From the NCBI GenBank assembly GCA_964016885.1, contig OZ024743.1, positions 123,876,001 through 123,940,000 of the forward strand: a DNA stretch of 64,000 nucleotides, written 5' to 3'. This document shows positions 26,054 to 39,370 of this stretch, piece after piece. The translations under genes and the position numbers were made by a program. The notes under the pieces were generated by a model, which worked only from the letters and a program-made list of their open reading frames with translations, was not told where the DNA came from and did no database searches. Each line of letters starts with the position of its first letter. Positions within the stretch are counted from its first letter, which is position 1. The stretch is from Eledone cirrhosa. Lineage: Eukaryota.

Positions 26054-26904
26054 ATTATGAAATCGCTTGTAAAATAATGGCTATAACAAAATAATAGATA
26101 TAAAGCTGAAACAGTCACATGCAAATAAAATAATTCAAATAAACACCGTATTATTCAACCGAAAGCTGATAAGAATATAAATTTACTTACTTTGAATTTA
26201 AGAAAAATGCACGAAGAGCTGAGCGTGCAAAAATGTATAATTGTAGAAGCGAACAAACTTGTATAAAATCTGGTGGGAAAATAACTCACGCCCAGATATA
26301 AATTTCGACCCCCAACAGACTAGCGAACCTAAGAATATGCATACTAGAAATAAAAAATAAATATATCTGAAATTGAAATAGGGCATCTAAAAACACGAAT
26401 ACACCGCGAAAACACAAATAAGGAACATAAAGCATGTAACAAAAATAGAAATATTGAGAATGTAAGCCATGAAGGTAGAACTAGCATATCCAAAGTAAAT
26501 AAAATAAATAGCGAAATTCAACAAACACAAACCTTAAAACACAACAAAAACCGATCTACAACAACGCAAACAAAAATGCAAATGGTAGGGAATATGAGAA
26601 AGATTTAAAAAGGAAACGCTAAAGATGTAATTCGGGACCATAAACGATAACGATGAAAATAATCCAAGAGCTCCTAGCAATATATCTATCTATGGATCAA
26701 TGAATACACCCTCCAAAGATAAAACATGATTAAACACCAGCAAAGGTTATGAACGTTGTCTGGAATAGAAAAAGCATACAAACATAAAAAAAAAACATAC
26801 AAAGAAGAATAAAAAATAAGAAAGAAAAACCGCTCAATCTTAAATCAAATAGAAAGAAAACAACACAACTAGGAAAAATGAAGGAAATATATATATATAT
26901 TTTA

Positions 26905-27087
26905 AAATAATTGTTTCTACTTTAGGCACAAGGCCAGCAATTACCCAGTGCATTACTGGTACTTTATTTTATCGACCCCGTAAAGTCAACCCCGTAAAGT
27001 CAACCTCGGCGGGATTTGAACTCAGATCGTAAAGGGACGTAACTATGCTGGAAAGCATGGCGTCCGACCCTCTACTGATACTGCCAA
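26905..27087 (-). mobile_element. SINE
   Basis: Same family; small internal duplication ccccgtaaagtcaa. Confidence 0.85.
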
Positions 27088-27089
27088 CA

Positions 27090-27995
27090 GAAAAGGAAAT
27101 CACTGAAACTGAAGAACACCCAAAAGGGCAAATACTTGCTAAAGCACACGGATTCTTATCCGTAAATACGGAAAGACCAACCCTGTTTTGAACAAAACTA
27201 GCAGCTCACTCCAGTCCAAAACAGCTCTACCAGTAACTTGGTAGAAATACAGTAAAAGTAAAAGTAGTGCGAAAAGTAAAAGAAGTGAAAGAGGAGTGTT
27301 GGCAAAAAAGGTCCATTTACAGGACTGGTCAGAACAATCAATACAGCCCCTGAACAATCTTGAGACGACATCGCAACAGAAAGAAGTGTCTAACACACTG
27401 AGAAATGTAAGCAACTGGAAGGCACCAGAACATGACAAAATTCCAAACTTCTGGCTGAAACATTTATCAGGGAGGGAAGGGGTATTTGCAGAAAACCTGG
27501 CTAGCTCACATAGGTGAATACTATCCTGATCCCCAGGGATAAAAAAGACAGCAGACCCCTAAAATTACAGACATATGGCCTGCTTTTCTACATCCTATAA
27601 AGGCTTAACCGCAATAAAATCACAGACTTACTAAGCACCTGGAAAAAAACACCTGTTTCTAGAAGAGCAAAAAAGGTGCTGTAAAGATCAGGTACTGTTC
27701 AACAAAAACAACCGAAGACTGCAGAAAGAGAAAGAAGCACGGCATTGTCCCCCATACGTAGTTGCTGGACACTGTAGTCATGATCAAATCATCACCAACA
27801 GCAAAAACAAAATAATCAACCAAATACAGACGAAAGATATGGTTCTAAACACTGACCCCATCCCAATTAAAAGAGGAATATTTCAAGGAAACTCTACTTC
27901 TGCCTAGCACTGACATAATCAACTGAAATGTTAAACAGGAATGGACTTGGATACAAAAAAAATCTACTGTCTCTTGTATGCGGACGATTTCAAGT
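27090..27995 (+). mobile_element. Decayed R4/Dong-like non-LTR retrotransposon RT
   Basis: NWKAPEHDKIPNFWLKHL, DPKNYRHMAC..SYKGLT, EEQK.CC, KRGIFQG and LLYADD motifs in order. May extend upstream to ~26.1 kb. Confidence 0.75.
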
Positions 27996-28008
27996 CTATA
28001 TATGTATA

Positions 28009-28084
28009 TTGGGTGGTCAAGTATGAAATTTGTAGAAATTTGTAGAAAAAAAAACTTCTACAAATTTCATACTTGACGACCCAA
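28009..28084. mobile_element. Tiny Tc1/mariner-type MITE
   Basis: TIRs ttgggtggtcaagtatgaaatttgtagaa / ttctacaaatttcatacttgacgacccaa with TA flanks. Confidence 0.85.
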
Positions 28085-28143
28085 TAGAATAATATGAAAT
28101 TGCCATATATTATATAATGTGAAAATATGAAGTATGTTATTTA

Positions 28144-28553
28144 AAATAATTGTTTCTACTTTTGGCACAAGGCCAGCAATTGCCCAGTGTATTACTGGTA
28201 CTTTATTTTATCGACCCCGTAAGGATGAAAGGCAAAGTTAACCTCGGCGGGATTTGAACTCAGAATGGCAAGGGCCGTAACTCTATGCGTCAAAGCATGG
28301 CGTCCGACCCTCTACCGATACTGCCAATTCTTTAAAATAATGGTTTCTGATTTAGGCACAAGGTCAACAATTTTGGGGGAGAGGAAAGTCGATTAAATCG
28401 ACCCCAGTGCATTACTGGTGCTTTATTTTATCGACCCTATAAGATGAAAGGCAAAGCTAACCGCGGCGAGATTTGAACTCACAATGTAAAGGGGCGTAAC
28501 TCTATGCCTCACAGTATGTCCGACGCTCTACTGATTCTGCCAATCAACCATCC
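28144..28553 (-). mobile_element. Two stacked SINEs (long variant 28335-28553, short variant 28144-28330)
   Basis: The short copy is bounded by tttaaaataat at 28140-28150 and 28331-28341. Confidence 0.88.
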
Positions 28554-28664
28554 TAAAATTAAAATGATAAAAATAAAAATAAAAATAAAAATAACAATTG
28601 AAATAAACATAAAACCGAACATGTAAAGGTAGTGTGAAATATACGAGATGTGAAATACACTTCT

Positions 28665-29230
28665 TCGCCCACTTATTCTTGGGAGGGTCGAGGAAGCAGA
28701 GTCCTCAAATAGGCCTTCTAGGGGTTCCTTTCAGAGCAACCGTCTCCAATTGATCTGGCTGAATCTCCAAGCTAGACCACCTGGGCTTGTGGATGCTATC
28801 CAATCATCTTACTCGGAGTCTACTTCTAGGACTCCTGCTGGTTGGCTTTGACCGTAAAATCAGTCCAGTGATTCTCTCCTTAGACATTAGTCAGTAGTAT
28901 CAGAGTTGTGATCTCTTGATTCGGAGAAGTATTGGCTCTACCTGGAGCATCTCCGAGCTACGGACCCTATCGAGTAACGTTACTTCAAAGACACTTTGGA
29001 GGAACCTCATTTCGGCCACTTGTATTCGCGATCGTATACTTTCAGTCATTACCTAACATTCATAACCATAGGTAAGGGTAGGGACGTACGCTAAATTGAA
29101 GATAGCGAGTTTTTTTTTTTTTACATCTATCTCCCTTCTTTTGATGACTAAGTACTGAAGTTGGCCCATTCCTGCACCAGCTCCTGCAATTCTTGTATCT
29201 AATTCAGCCTCCTTCCATCACTCATGGAAT
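28665..29230 (-). mobile_element. RTE-clade LINE 3' remnant
   Basis: ELDTRIAGA...YVPTLTYGYEC*VMTESIRSRIQVAEMRFLQ...TLLDRVRSSE, a typical RTE C-terminal region. Confidence 0.8.
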
Positions 29231-29339
29231 AAACTAAACTTTAAATAACAAAACAAGGTAGTAGTAGATAGTATGTGATTGAGATGTTAACAATACAAAG
29301 GAAAAAGGCCGGTAGTTAAATCAAACGAAAGAAATGACG

Positions 29340-29620
29340 TTTCCATTTGTTTCATTGCTGACATTATCTGCTGGTCACACCCCCTGGCAGAATGAGGCGG
29401 GATTTAAACTCAGAATGCACATAGCTGAATCAGTATCCCATCTAACTCTTTCACAATTCCGCCAATCCATCACCCCTGGTTGGTACTTTATTTATCGATC
29501 GCCCGAAAGACTGGAAGTGAATGTTGACCTCGGCGGAATTCGTACTCAGAGCACAATGAGCCAGAAGAAATACCAAAGTATTTAATCGGACGTCATAACG
29601 TCACTACCAATTTGCCACCT
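29340..29620 (-). mobile_element. Diverged SINE copies
   Basis: Minus strand gagtacgaattccgccgaggtcaac...cgataaataaagtacc. Confidence 0.6.
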
Positions 29621-29746
29621 TACAATGCAAGATAAATGATTATATGATACATGAAGGGTAGTAAACGAAGAATGATACGCGATACATGGTAAATGGTAAA
29701 GCTTAAAATCTAGAAGTAAGAGTGAGGATAGGGTAAAGTAGCAAAA

Positions 29747-30359
29747 ATAATAATTGTTTCTACTTTTGGCACAAGACCAGCAATTACCCCAGTGTATTAC
29801 TGGTGCTTTATTTTATCGACCCTGTAAGGATGAAAGGCAAAGTTAACCTCGGCGGGATTTGAACTCACAATGTAAAGGGGCGTAACTCTATGCTGCAAAG
29901 CATGGTGTCCGACACTCTACCGATACCGCCAATCCACCACCCTATCAAAAGTAATTGTTTCTACTTTTTTTGGCACAAGGCCAGCAATTATTCCAGTGCA
30001 TTACTGGTGCTTTATTTTATCGATCCCGTAAGGATGAAATGCAAAGTTAACCTCGGCGGGATATGAACTCAAACCATAAAGGGCCGTAACTCTTTGCGGA
30101 AAAACATGGCGTCTGACACTCTATTGATACTGCCAATCCTAATAATGGTTTCTTATATAGGCTCAAGGCCAGCTACTTTTTTTTTGGGGGGGGGAGTCGA
30201 TTAAATCGACTCCAGTGCGTGACTGGTACTTTATTTTCTCCACCCCGTAAGGATGAAAGGCAAAGTTAACCTCGGCGGCATTTGAACTCAAATCATAAAG
30301 GGCCGAATCTCTATGCTGCAAAGCATGGCTTCCGACCCTCTACCCATACTGTCAATCCT
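29747..30359 (-). mobile_element. Three stacked SINEs
   Basis: Head-to-tail copies at ~29747-29943, ~29951-30139 and ~30140-30359. Confidence 0.9.
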
Positions 30360-30654
30360 AATAAGGTAAGAACAGCAGACAACCTAAAAGTTAACAATAG
30401 AAATGGAAGGAAAGCAAATGAGAGAAGTAAATCGTATGTATGACAACGATGTAAATATCCCGGAGCTAATAATAGGATTATTAACCGAGGACTAACAAAT
30501 AATGTATAAATAACATATAAATAATAAATAACATAAATAAATCAATAATAAATATTAAATAATTCAAATGTTAAAGTATGAAAATTGTGCATGAATAAAA
30601 ACATTATGAATAATCAAAAGTAAAAAATATATATATCATAATAAATAAATAAAT

Positions 30655-31060
30655 AACAATAATTTTTCTACTTTTGGCACAAGGCCAGCAATTATACCAG
30701 TGCATTACTGGTATTTTATTTTATCGACTCCGTAAGAATGAAAAGCAAAGTTAACCTCCGCGGGATTTGAACTCAGAACGCAAAGGGCCGTAATTCTATG
30801 CTGGAAAGCATAGTGTCTGACCCTCTACCGATACTGCCAATCCACCGAAGATGAACATAGTGATGATAAGAATAAGGGTTACTACTATAGGCACAAGGTC
30901 AGCAATTTTAGGGGAGGGGAAAATCGATTGAATTGACTCTAGTGAATTACTGGTGCTTTATTTTATCGACCCCATAAGGATGAAAAGCAAAGCTAACATC
31001 GGCAAGATTTGAACTCAGAACGTAAAATGCCGTAAGTATATTCTGCAAAGTATATAGTCT
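30655..31060 (-). mobile_element. Two stacked SINEs
   Basis: Short copy ~30655-30846 and long copy ~30870-31060. Confidence 0.85.
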
Positions 31061-31172
31061 AACTCTTTATCGTACGACGTTGAAGACACTACAAGGACGG
31101 AAAAACGTATTACTCTATCGCATAAACAGTGTCGAATTGCCTTTACTGGGTTTCTTTTTTCTTACTTAGAAA

Positions 31173-31367
31173 TGGCGGTGGATTGGCAGTATCGGTGGAG
31201 GGTCGGATGCTATGCTTTGCAGCATAGAGTTATGTCCCTTTGCGGTCTGAGTTCAAATCCCGCCGAGATTAACTTTGCTTTTCATCATTACCAGGTCGAT
31301 AAAATAAAGCACCAGTAATGCACTGGGATAATTGTTGGCCTTGTGCCAAAATTAGGAACAATTGTTA
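31173..31367 (+). mobile_element. SINE, full length
   Basis: ggcggtggattggcagtatcgg...gagttcaaatcc. Confidence 0.9.
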
Positions 31368-31600
31368 TAGTAAACTTCGTCCATCTAGCTGTTCTCTCCC
31401 ATCTTCCACAAAACACGCTAAAACTGAAATTATATAAACAAAGAAAATATATACAAATAAAAAATGCAAAACAGAAGAGCTCAAAAATTGAAAATTTGAT
31501 AAACATTGGGATAAATATATATAAATTATGGAATAATGAAATTATAATAAATAATGAATAAAGAAAACCCTTCTCTAGCTCTGTCCACTGACTAAAACCA

Positions 31601-31631
<31 letters not shown>

Positions 31632-31708
31632 GTATAATCGGAAAGTAAAAATTTCAATCGCATATATCTTTCATGACTAAGCATTATGATGGCGGATAGA
31701 CAATATGT

Positions 31709-31747
<39 letters not shown>

Positions 31748-32259
31748 ATGTGTTGAAGAAATAACTGCAATAGTAGCTTAGGAAATCGAGTAAAATACCC
31801 CATTCTATGGACAGAAAATAAAGTAGACAGCGGCCGGTGCAGAGAATTGAGCTTTCAGATACAGGCTCTAGCCATTGAGATAAAGGACCTCTCTCACAAT
31901 AACCTCGTCCAAACCAGAATGCTAATTCTTGCAGCTTTTAAATGTAAACAATATTATATGTGAATATTCGAAGCAAAGCGAAGCGGTGAGGAATTAGGAA
32001 GCTCATAAAAAGTAAGTGCGTGTGTGTGCGTGTGTGTTTTATTTTTTTAAATCAATTTAAACGTCCATATAGAGCTAGTAAGCCATGACAGATTAAGGAA
32101 AGTATCTAGTACTTCTTACAGTTGAAAAACAAACACAAGATATACAGAGATAAGTGAATATAAAAATGAAAATAAAATTAAAAAATAAAATAAGAAATTC
32201 AAATAGGAAAGACCAATGCGAGGCAAAAGGCAAAATAAGCCTTAAAAAAATAAAGAAAG

Positions 32260-32680
32260 AAAAATGGGAGGCAAGGGAAGCTCTATAGCAGCTAGGAAGT
32301 TCTGTTGTTGAATCTTTTCGCAACCTCTGTGTACTCAAAGATTTTGTTTATATTTGATAGATCTTTTACAATATCGGCTTAGAGATATCCTTTCTCTCAG
32401 TCTGATAGTTTGTACATTGGAACAAGTGTTTCTGGTAAGTTAACACAAAAACATAGAGGGGATTCTCTACGACTAGTTCGTGATAGAATGTAATTCAATG
32501 GTATATGTCCAGTTCGAAGCCAGCATAGTATTTTCTTATCAATATTGCTCAGTGTCTGGTGTTTTAAATGTCAGATCTGACTCAGAAAGTGAAGGATTGA
32601 AATTTGAGAGCTTATCTCTAGATTCTTCCCCAAATTTTTCCCACCCTTTACTAAATATATTTTTGCTAAATGATTTCACT
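32260..32680 (-). mobile_element. LINE 3' remnant (I-group-like zinc-knuckle region)
   Basis: Minus strand LRTGHIPLNYILSRTSRRESPLCFCVNLPET, matching the RLRTGH...C.C...ET motif. Confidence 0.7.
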
Positions 32681-32794
32681 TGAGAGATCTGCGATGTTCG
32701 TTCTGGCACTCTGTGTTACGAATTCGAATCCCACCGAACTTTCATCCTTTCGAGGGTGATGTTAAAAGTACCAGTCCAGTGTTGGGTTTGATTA

Positions 32795-32796
<2 letters not shown>

Positions 32797-32852
<56 letters not shown>

Positions 32853-32883
32853 CCCTCTCTTCTCTCTCTCTCTCTCTCTCTCT
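32797..32883. repeat. (CT)n microsatellite after a degenerate SINE piece (~32690-32790)
   Basis: Seen directly. Confidence 0.9.
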
Positions 32884-33785
32884 ACGATTTCAACAGGAGT
32901 TATGGTCCCTTACATGTGTGTGTGTGTGTATGTATGGTTGGATGGATGGATGATTCTTCTCATGTTTGAGCTTTTGTATTGACTAACGAGAAACGACAAT
33001 AAGTACCGAAAGAGAAGGGTCAGTTATAAGGATATAGACTAAATTACAAGATAGATAGATATAAAGAAAGATCACAAGAGAATGAGAGAGGGGAAGAAAC
33101 AGAACGGTTGACTTACAGAACCACCGATAATATATTGAATGTAACGTGCACTTCAAAGAACCGTCTAGATCTTTATTGAAGATAATGTATTCCTTTGACA
33201 TATAATTTATTCTGCTTAATAACATTCTGACTTGCTGTTTAATTTTACTGATTCAATTACGCAGCTATAAGATAAGTTTACTGATTCGATAAAATGTAAG
33301 AATTTGAACTAGTTTCACCATATTCTTAAAACATAGATATTCTTCTCGCCAGATCTGCTGATATTTTCATATTTAAGTAATGTTATAGAGATACAAACTG
33401 TGGAACTGAATCACATCTTATCACCGTAGTTATTTCATTCACCCCTTCCTAAGGAGTTCACCGAAGAAACGTATGTTTTCCTCAAATTACATTATCCAAT
33501 AAAATAAATCTCTGAAGTTAATTTACTCAGAGACGCCATCCACATAAAAGTAATAATTCGGTTACTGTTAACATACTTAATGTAGTGAGTATCAACAATC
33601 TAATTAGAAACAAATACTTGTACCGTGATGAAAACACAACATTAGCTCAATGTCTAATTTTATTTTAATTATTCCGGCAAGTAAGAAAGACAACTTCAGA
33701 CATGTTTTCGTGGTATTCCTCGATTAAACATTGATGAAAGAATTACAATGTAGATATACAATAATTGTACAGGAGTAGGTGTGAA

Positions 33786-33843
<58 letters not shown>

Positions 33844-33919
33844 TTCCATTCTGCCCGCCTTTTCAATCTTTCCATTTCTTCTTTATCTATCAGCTCACAG
33901 TATAAATGCATGTAACCAA

Positions 33920-34221
33920 GAACGAAGTCAAGGTTTCACCATAAATGATCTTTATTGTTTATGTCAATTTGCATTGTATCCCTTAACCAGTTGTCTATTC
34001 ATTTATTTATGTACCCCCCCCCCCACACACACACACCCACACATCCTAAAATAAGTGTACTTAGAGGGATCACTTGACCTCTTTCAACAATTTGAATGTG
34101 TTCTCTGCCTGCGAACGCATATCTGATGAGATGTCGATGCAGAGTCGAGCCCCGATCATTAAAAAACGAACCCTTGTCATATGCAATAAAGTTCATTCAG
34201 GGTACAACCTTGACTTCGTTC
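33920..34221. mobile_element. Unclassified MITE with ~48-bp imperfect TIRs
   Basis: gaacgaagtcaaggtttcaccataaatgatctttattgtttatgtcaa versus reverse complement of 34174-34221. Confidence 0.7.
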
Positions 34222-34455
34222 CTACTTACTTATATATGATGGTCCACTGAATACGCACGTGTAATTTTTTTCTCCCCATTTTTTCTCTTTTTCCCCGTTC
34301 CTTCCTCTTATCACTCTTTACTTTCTATTTATCTTCTATTTCTATCTCTGTCTTCTGATGAAGGACTAGTGTCTTCCTGCTATTTCAAGCGTTAAACTAA
34401 TATATCTCTTCCGTGTACTGTGCCGTTTGTTTTGATATTTGTGTTGTTACTTTTA

Positions 34456-34863
<408 letters not shown>

Positions 34864-34874
34864 TTATTAAAATA

Positions 34875-34950
34875 ACAGATTAAAGTTTAAGCAAAGAATC
34901 GCTGCTTTCACCCTTAACGGGATCTTCTGAAACTAACAAAGTCAATCTGT
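34875..34950 (-). ncRNA. Type I hammerhead motif with one core substitution (CAGAAGA)
   Basis: Minus strand agttt-CAGAAGA-tcccgttaagggt-GAAA-gca..tgc-TT-aaact, with distal stem acagattga/ttaatctgt. Confidence 0.65.
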
Positions 34951-35862
34951 AAACGCAGAACTGGATATTTCAAAAAACGTTGCAACCGGAGGAAGACAGG
35001 AAGACGATACTTTGGTTCGTGGTAACGTTCGCTGGCAAAGAACGGGAAAAAACGAATAATACGTCATTAATAGGAGCGGTGAAAAACAATTACGCGCAAA
35101 GACAAAACCACGTTTATGGTATAAAAGAGGTCGTAGACTAATGTTCTCTTAGGTGGTGCATAGAGATGTTCTCTGGCAATGAACGAAAAAACGAAGATAA
35201 TAAGTCATATGTGGAGCGTGGAGAACAATAGCACGTAAAGACAAAACCACGTAAATGGTATAGCAGAAATCGTAAACTAAAATTCTAACTAGGAGACCGA
35301 ATGAATCTCCGCTACAGAGTTAAGAACAAAGTAAATAAATACAATACAGAAGTAATAGGAACAAATAAATACATACACGCAAACAGATACGTACATACAC
35401 AAGCATACGCAAAACCTTACCAAGGGTATACAAAACCACGCACATATAAATATGTGTGTGTGTGTATGCTTGTGTACAAATAAAAAAATAATTATATAAA
35501 CGTATATAAGTAAATAAATACGTATATAACAAGCGCACACGCATACCTACATATAAATACACGAATGTTCGGAGACGTAAGTCAACTAAAACAAGAAGTA
35601 CACATATACACACACCCACCATACGTACGAACCTGCACACTCACGCGGACGCAAAACTCCCGTATACACATAGCCAAACCCTAAATACCAGAATATGTAA
35701 AAATTATACGCTATAACAGTCAAATATACGTACGAGAAGGTATACATACCTTCACAAAACATACGGGTAATATATACTTACCTATGCAAATAAGTAAAGG
35801 AATAAACAAAACATATACTTAGCTCCCACATCAAGACGTAAAATATCCACGTATAGATCGTG

Positions 35863-37665
35863 CTATCCGTTAGGGTATAACGTGGGGCTGTAATACAGGA
35901 AAGTTTTGTGCAATTTATGTTTACAAGCCGAAATTGCCTCAGATTTTTTGTTTAAGATGTGGTCTGTAGCGTAGAGTATTTCCAGGGCCTCAGCGGCGCA
36001 GAGGTCACATGGTCTTTTATTTCCGTTATACGATCTACCCCTAGCTAGGATCTCCCAGTGTAACTTATATTGGGTGTGGTTGTCTTTTAGACTCCAGATA
36101 TAAGCTGAAAGTGACGTCATATTCCTTCTTAGAGGGTAACGAAAAGAGTGGGTATGCATGTAAAGACGCTGCTTGAAACTATTGGCGGTTAACCCTATGT
36201 AGGCCCTACGGGACGTGGGTGTTACAACCTTACATTTGTAGACAATGTTACTAGAGAGGCATTTCCCGGATAGGGGGCAATCAGCCCGATTCCTACAATT
36301 ACAGTTAGTACTACCTACAGGGTTGCACGTGTTCCTACGGCTAGGTAGTTTAGCTAAATTTGAAGCTGTGATGTTATGTGCAAGGTTAGGAGTCGTAGAG
36401 TAAGAAATTTTAATAGTATTTCTATTAAAAATGTTACTATATTTATGTGTAGGGGGAAAATACTTCGTAATAAGGGAAAGAAAGATCTTAGCTAAAGGTG
36501 TGGCCACCTCCATATTATATGGTGGGTTAAACCAACAAATGCGACGGGATCTATTTCTTCTAGGTCTATTTTCGTACTCTGTATATGCTACCTTATCGAC
36601 AAATCCACTTCGAGCAAGAGCTTCATTGTAATAAGTGGAATGGTCGTTGAAAATGCGCTCGTTGGTGGAAAGACGGGAAAGCCTCAACGAAACGTTTCTT
36701 ACCAGGTTCTTGGTTATGCTGGCAGGATGGTTGGAATGCTTACTTATGTAATTAAGCGTATCATTCGGCTTTCTATACGGGTAATACAACCCATTCAATA
36801 AATTGAGGGTAACGTCCAGGTAATTAACGACCGAGAGATTGGCCTCAACCTGTATAGAGAGGTTGAAGCCTTTAAAGAAGGCTGTGAGTTCTTTTCTGAA
36901 CCTGTCGCAAGCACGAGGTCCGCACTTAGCCATGGTCAAAAGACCATCGTCACGGTACAAACCACTGCCCGCGTTGGGGAATTCGTCCTTGATAGAGAAA
37001 AGAAGGAAAAGGCTAATAAGATCAGTAACCTCCGCAGAGTCACTGGCGCCCATACTCACGTCGAATGGGGTACTATTGGATTTTTTAATCCAAATAGAGT
37101 CGTCGAAATTAATCACCGACTTTCGGGCATTAAGGATGACATCAACTTCAAAATCCTTAACCACTGTGAGTGTTTTAGCGAAATTGATAGCTCTAAGGAG
37201 AAGTGGTAAAGTGATGGAGGAGTAGTAATTGTTGATGTCGAATTGGATAAAACGGCAATGTTCCTTGTTACATATGCCGTTGAATCAATCAATCACCGCG
37301 AAAGAATTGTTCCACAGTGCGAGAGGGGCCAAACTTCTAATTTCAGGTATAATTCTATCAAGAATCGTTTTACTAAGTCTACCTAAATCGGACTTCGTAG
37401 GGTTAATAAGCCGAATAGAGGGGTTGTTCGGAAAATTGGATTTGTGAGCCTTCAGGGTAAAGTGGGGAGAGATAGGGTCCAGAGGTTCGGTCCGGTCCAG
37501 GATGTTGAGATCAGATGTGATTTTAAACCCAGCATCGTTGATTTCATTGATGACGCACCGATTAGTTTTACTGTAATCCTTAGTTACAGCATTATGTAGT
37601 AGTTGATGGTAAGTACTGCGCTCCACTTGATATAGGTTGCCATTTTTGTCGGAATGGACGTGCAC
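35863..37665 (-). pseudogene. PLE reverse transcriptase + GIY-YIG endonuclease, single in-frame stop
   Basis: ORFs 37285-37665 and 35863-37164 share one frame (1803 nt) with TGA at 37285-37287. Motifs: SDKNGNLY, IQFDINNYYSSI, VSMGA, LYRDDGL, NYLDVTL, SNHP, WFNPP, IVYKC..AYIG, CDLC. Confidence 0.92.
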
Positions 37666-38370
37666 GGCGTTAGAATCCTTTGGTGCTCTGACATAGCGAT
37701 GTATATATGAATGTATGTATAGTATATCTAATAATATACTGTATGTTTATTTAAAAACATGTAGAAATTCATAAGCTATATGATACATAATATAAATTAA
37801 GAATACACAATCCAAGCCCACCAGCGTAATATAATACTGTTCTTAAACGCGCTTAGTTACATAACTGTAAATTACTTTGGACTGACCATGAGGCGTAATT
37901 CTCTGTAGATTAAAGGGTGTTCACGTAGAAATGGGGCGCTCCTACTCACCTGAGATGATGTATGTTTAATTGATATTTTTTTAAAGGAAGTATATTTAAA
38001 AATACAGCGTTTCCGATTACATGTTTATTTAAAGGTATTAAGAAATTTCCAGCAATAAGGAGTATAGCTGTCTTAACTTAATCCAACAAAAAATAAAATT
38101 TTATAACCAAATATAAAAATCTGCAATTTACAATGTAAAGGCATTAACATTTCTCCGCTTTTAAAGTATATCTGATTTCTTTCTGGATGGTATATGTTAC
38201 CCCCTGTGGTAAAATCAGCCAACTTTTGTCATCATGAGCTTTCAAATATTAAATCCATAGTTGTGGTTAATTATGAAATACTATAATATATTACTTACAT
38301 TTGATTATAATACACGGTTTCATATCACAATATATAATCACATTATACACCAATTTGCTCATGCTACATC

Positions 38371-38411
<41 letters not shown>

Positions 38412-38414
38412 AAT

Positions 38415-39150
38415 GTTAGTATTGCATTAACGAAGCTTTAGGCTGCGGCTAAGCTAACGAATGCAAATTCGGAATGTAGCTTTAGCACTCGATAGAGAAT
38501 AATACCCTGAGTAATAACAATACGTTTAGACAGCTTTGCAAATCAAATATAGCGATCAGCAGTCCAGCCGTATTGCCATAGCAACGAAAATGGTAGGACT
38601 CAGGAAAAGATTTTAGACTGACCTGGACCATCGCGCGGAGACCGAGTGCAATATATAATGCATATCGTATAGCATACGATATACATCACATATAACATAC
38701 AACATCCACGCTAGGTTTCTGTAAATCCGAGATCGACTAAATCCGCCAGCAGGGTCTGCAAGTTAATGGCCTTTGACGACAGAACAAAGGATTTATTTCT
38801 TCAACAAGTATTGCGTTCTTTAGCCTCAGCGGGTGTGTTCTAGCAGTAAATTTCGCTATAGACACGTGGTTTCTCCAAGGGAGGTAACTCCCGTTTTGGC
38901 GGTGAATTCGAAATTTGAAAAAAGGAATGAAATTTCCTTAGTCAAACCGAATAAAGCACTCAACCAGAAGTTATCAAACAAACATAAACAATTAATCAAT
39001 CAATAGAATTGTCTAATTAAATTAATCAGTTAACCGTTAATTCTAGGAGTTAAAATACAAATTTTAGAACAGCATTAACGAAGCTTTAGGCTGCAGCTAA
39101 AACAACGAATGCAAATTCGGAATGGAGCACTCGATAGAGAATAATACTCC
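38415..39150 (+). mobile_element. Dispersed repeat, Helentron/DINE-like (tentative)
   Basis: Imperfect terminal palindrome gcatt..agct..agct..aatgc at 38424, repeated at 39072; internal (caat)/(aaac) tract; inverted copy at 5033-5165. Confidence 0.5.
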
Positions 39151-39370
39151 AGATCAGAAGGAATGAAAAATAGCGTGTTGCGTTGTTGTGAATGTGATAC
39201 ATATGAATGAAAAGTAGAGCAAACCATGACTATCCGTCATCAGTGACCGTCTGACTATCATCGGTATTTCTTCGCATTAAAGATCAGATACCTCAAAGTC
39301 AGTGCGAGCAATAACTAAAATAAGTTATTGGGATAAAAAGAATTGGGTGGAGAAAGAGAGACATGTAAAC

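Larger units (their letters stand above)
34864..37685 (-). mobile_element. Penelope-like element, 5'-truncated, near-intact RT + GIY-YIG, 3' end in (TA)n
   Basis: See the CDS remnant and hammerhead below. C-terminal endonuclease with CNC...CPL.G.C linker (Nematis-like, tentative). Confidence 0.9.

Noticed and set aside
34350-34400. ctgatgaagg hammerhead-like start
   Set aside because: No downstream GAAA or stem III; probably a deleted repeat remnant.
37285-37287. In-frame TGA as selenocysteine (as in Naiad PLEs)
   Set aside because: The context fits Trp (VI.WF), the endonuclease is C-terminal unlike Naiads, and I see no SECIS. Simple nonsense mutation is more likely.
37940-37975. Consensus donor CAG|GTGAGT on minus strand
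   Set aside because: No supportable upstream exon or acceptor; an isolated motif is expected by chance.
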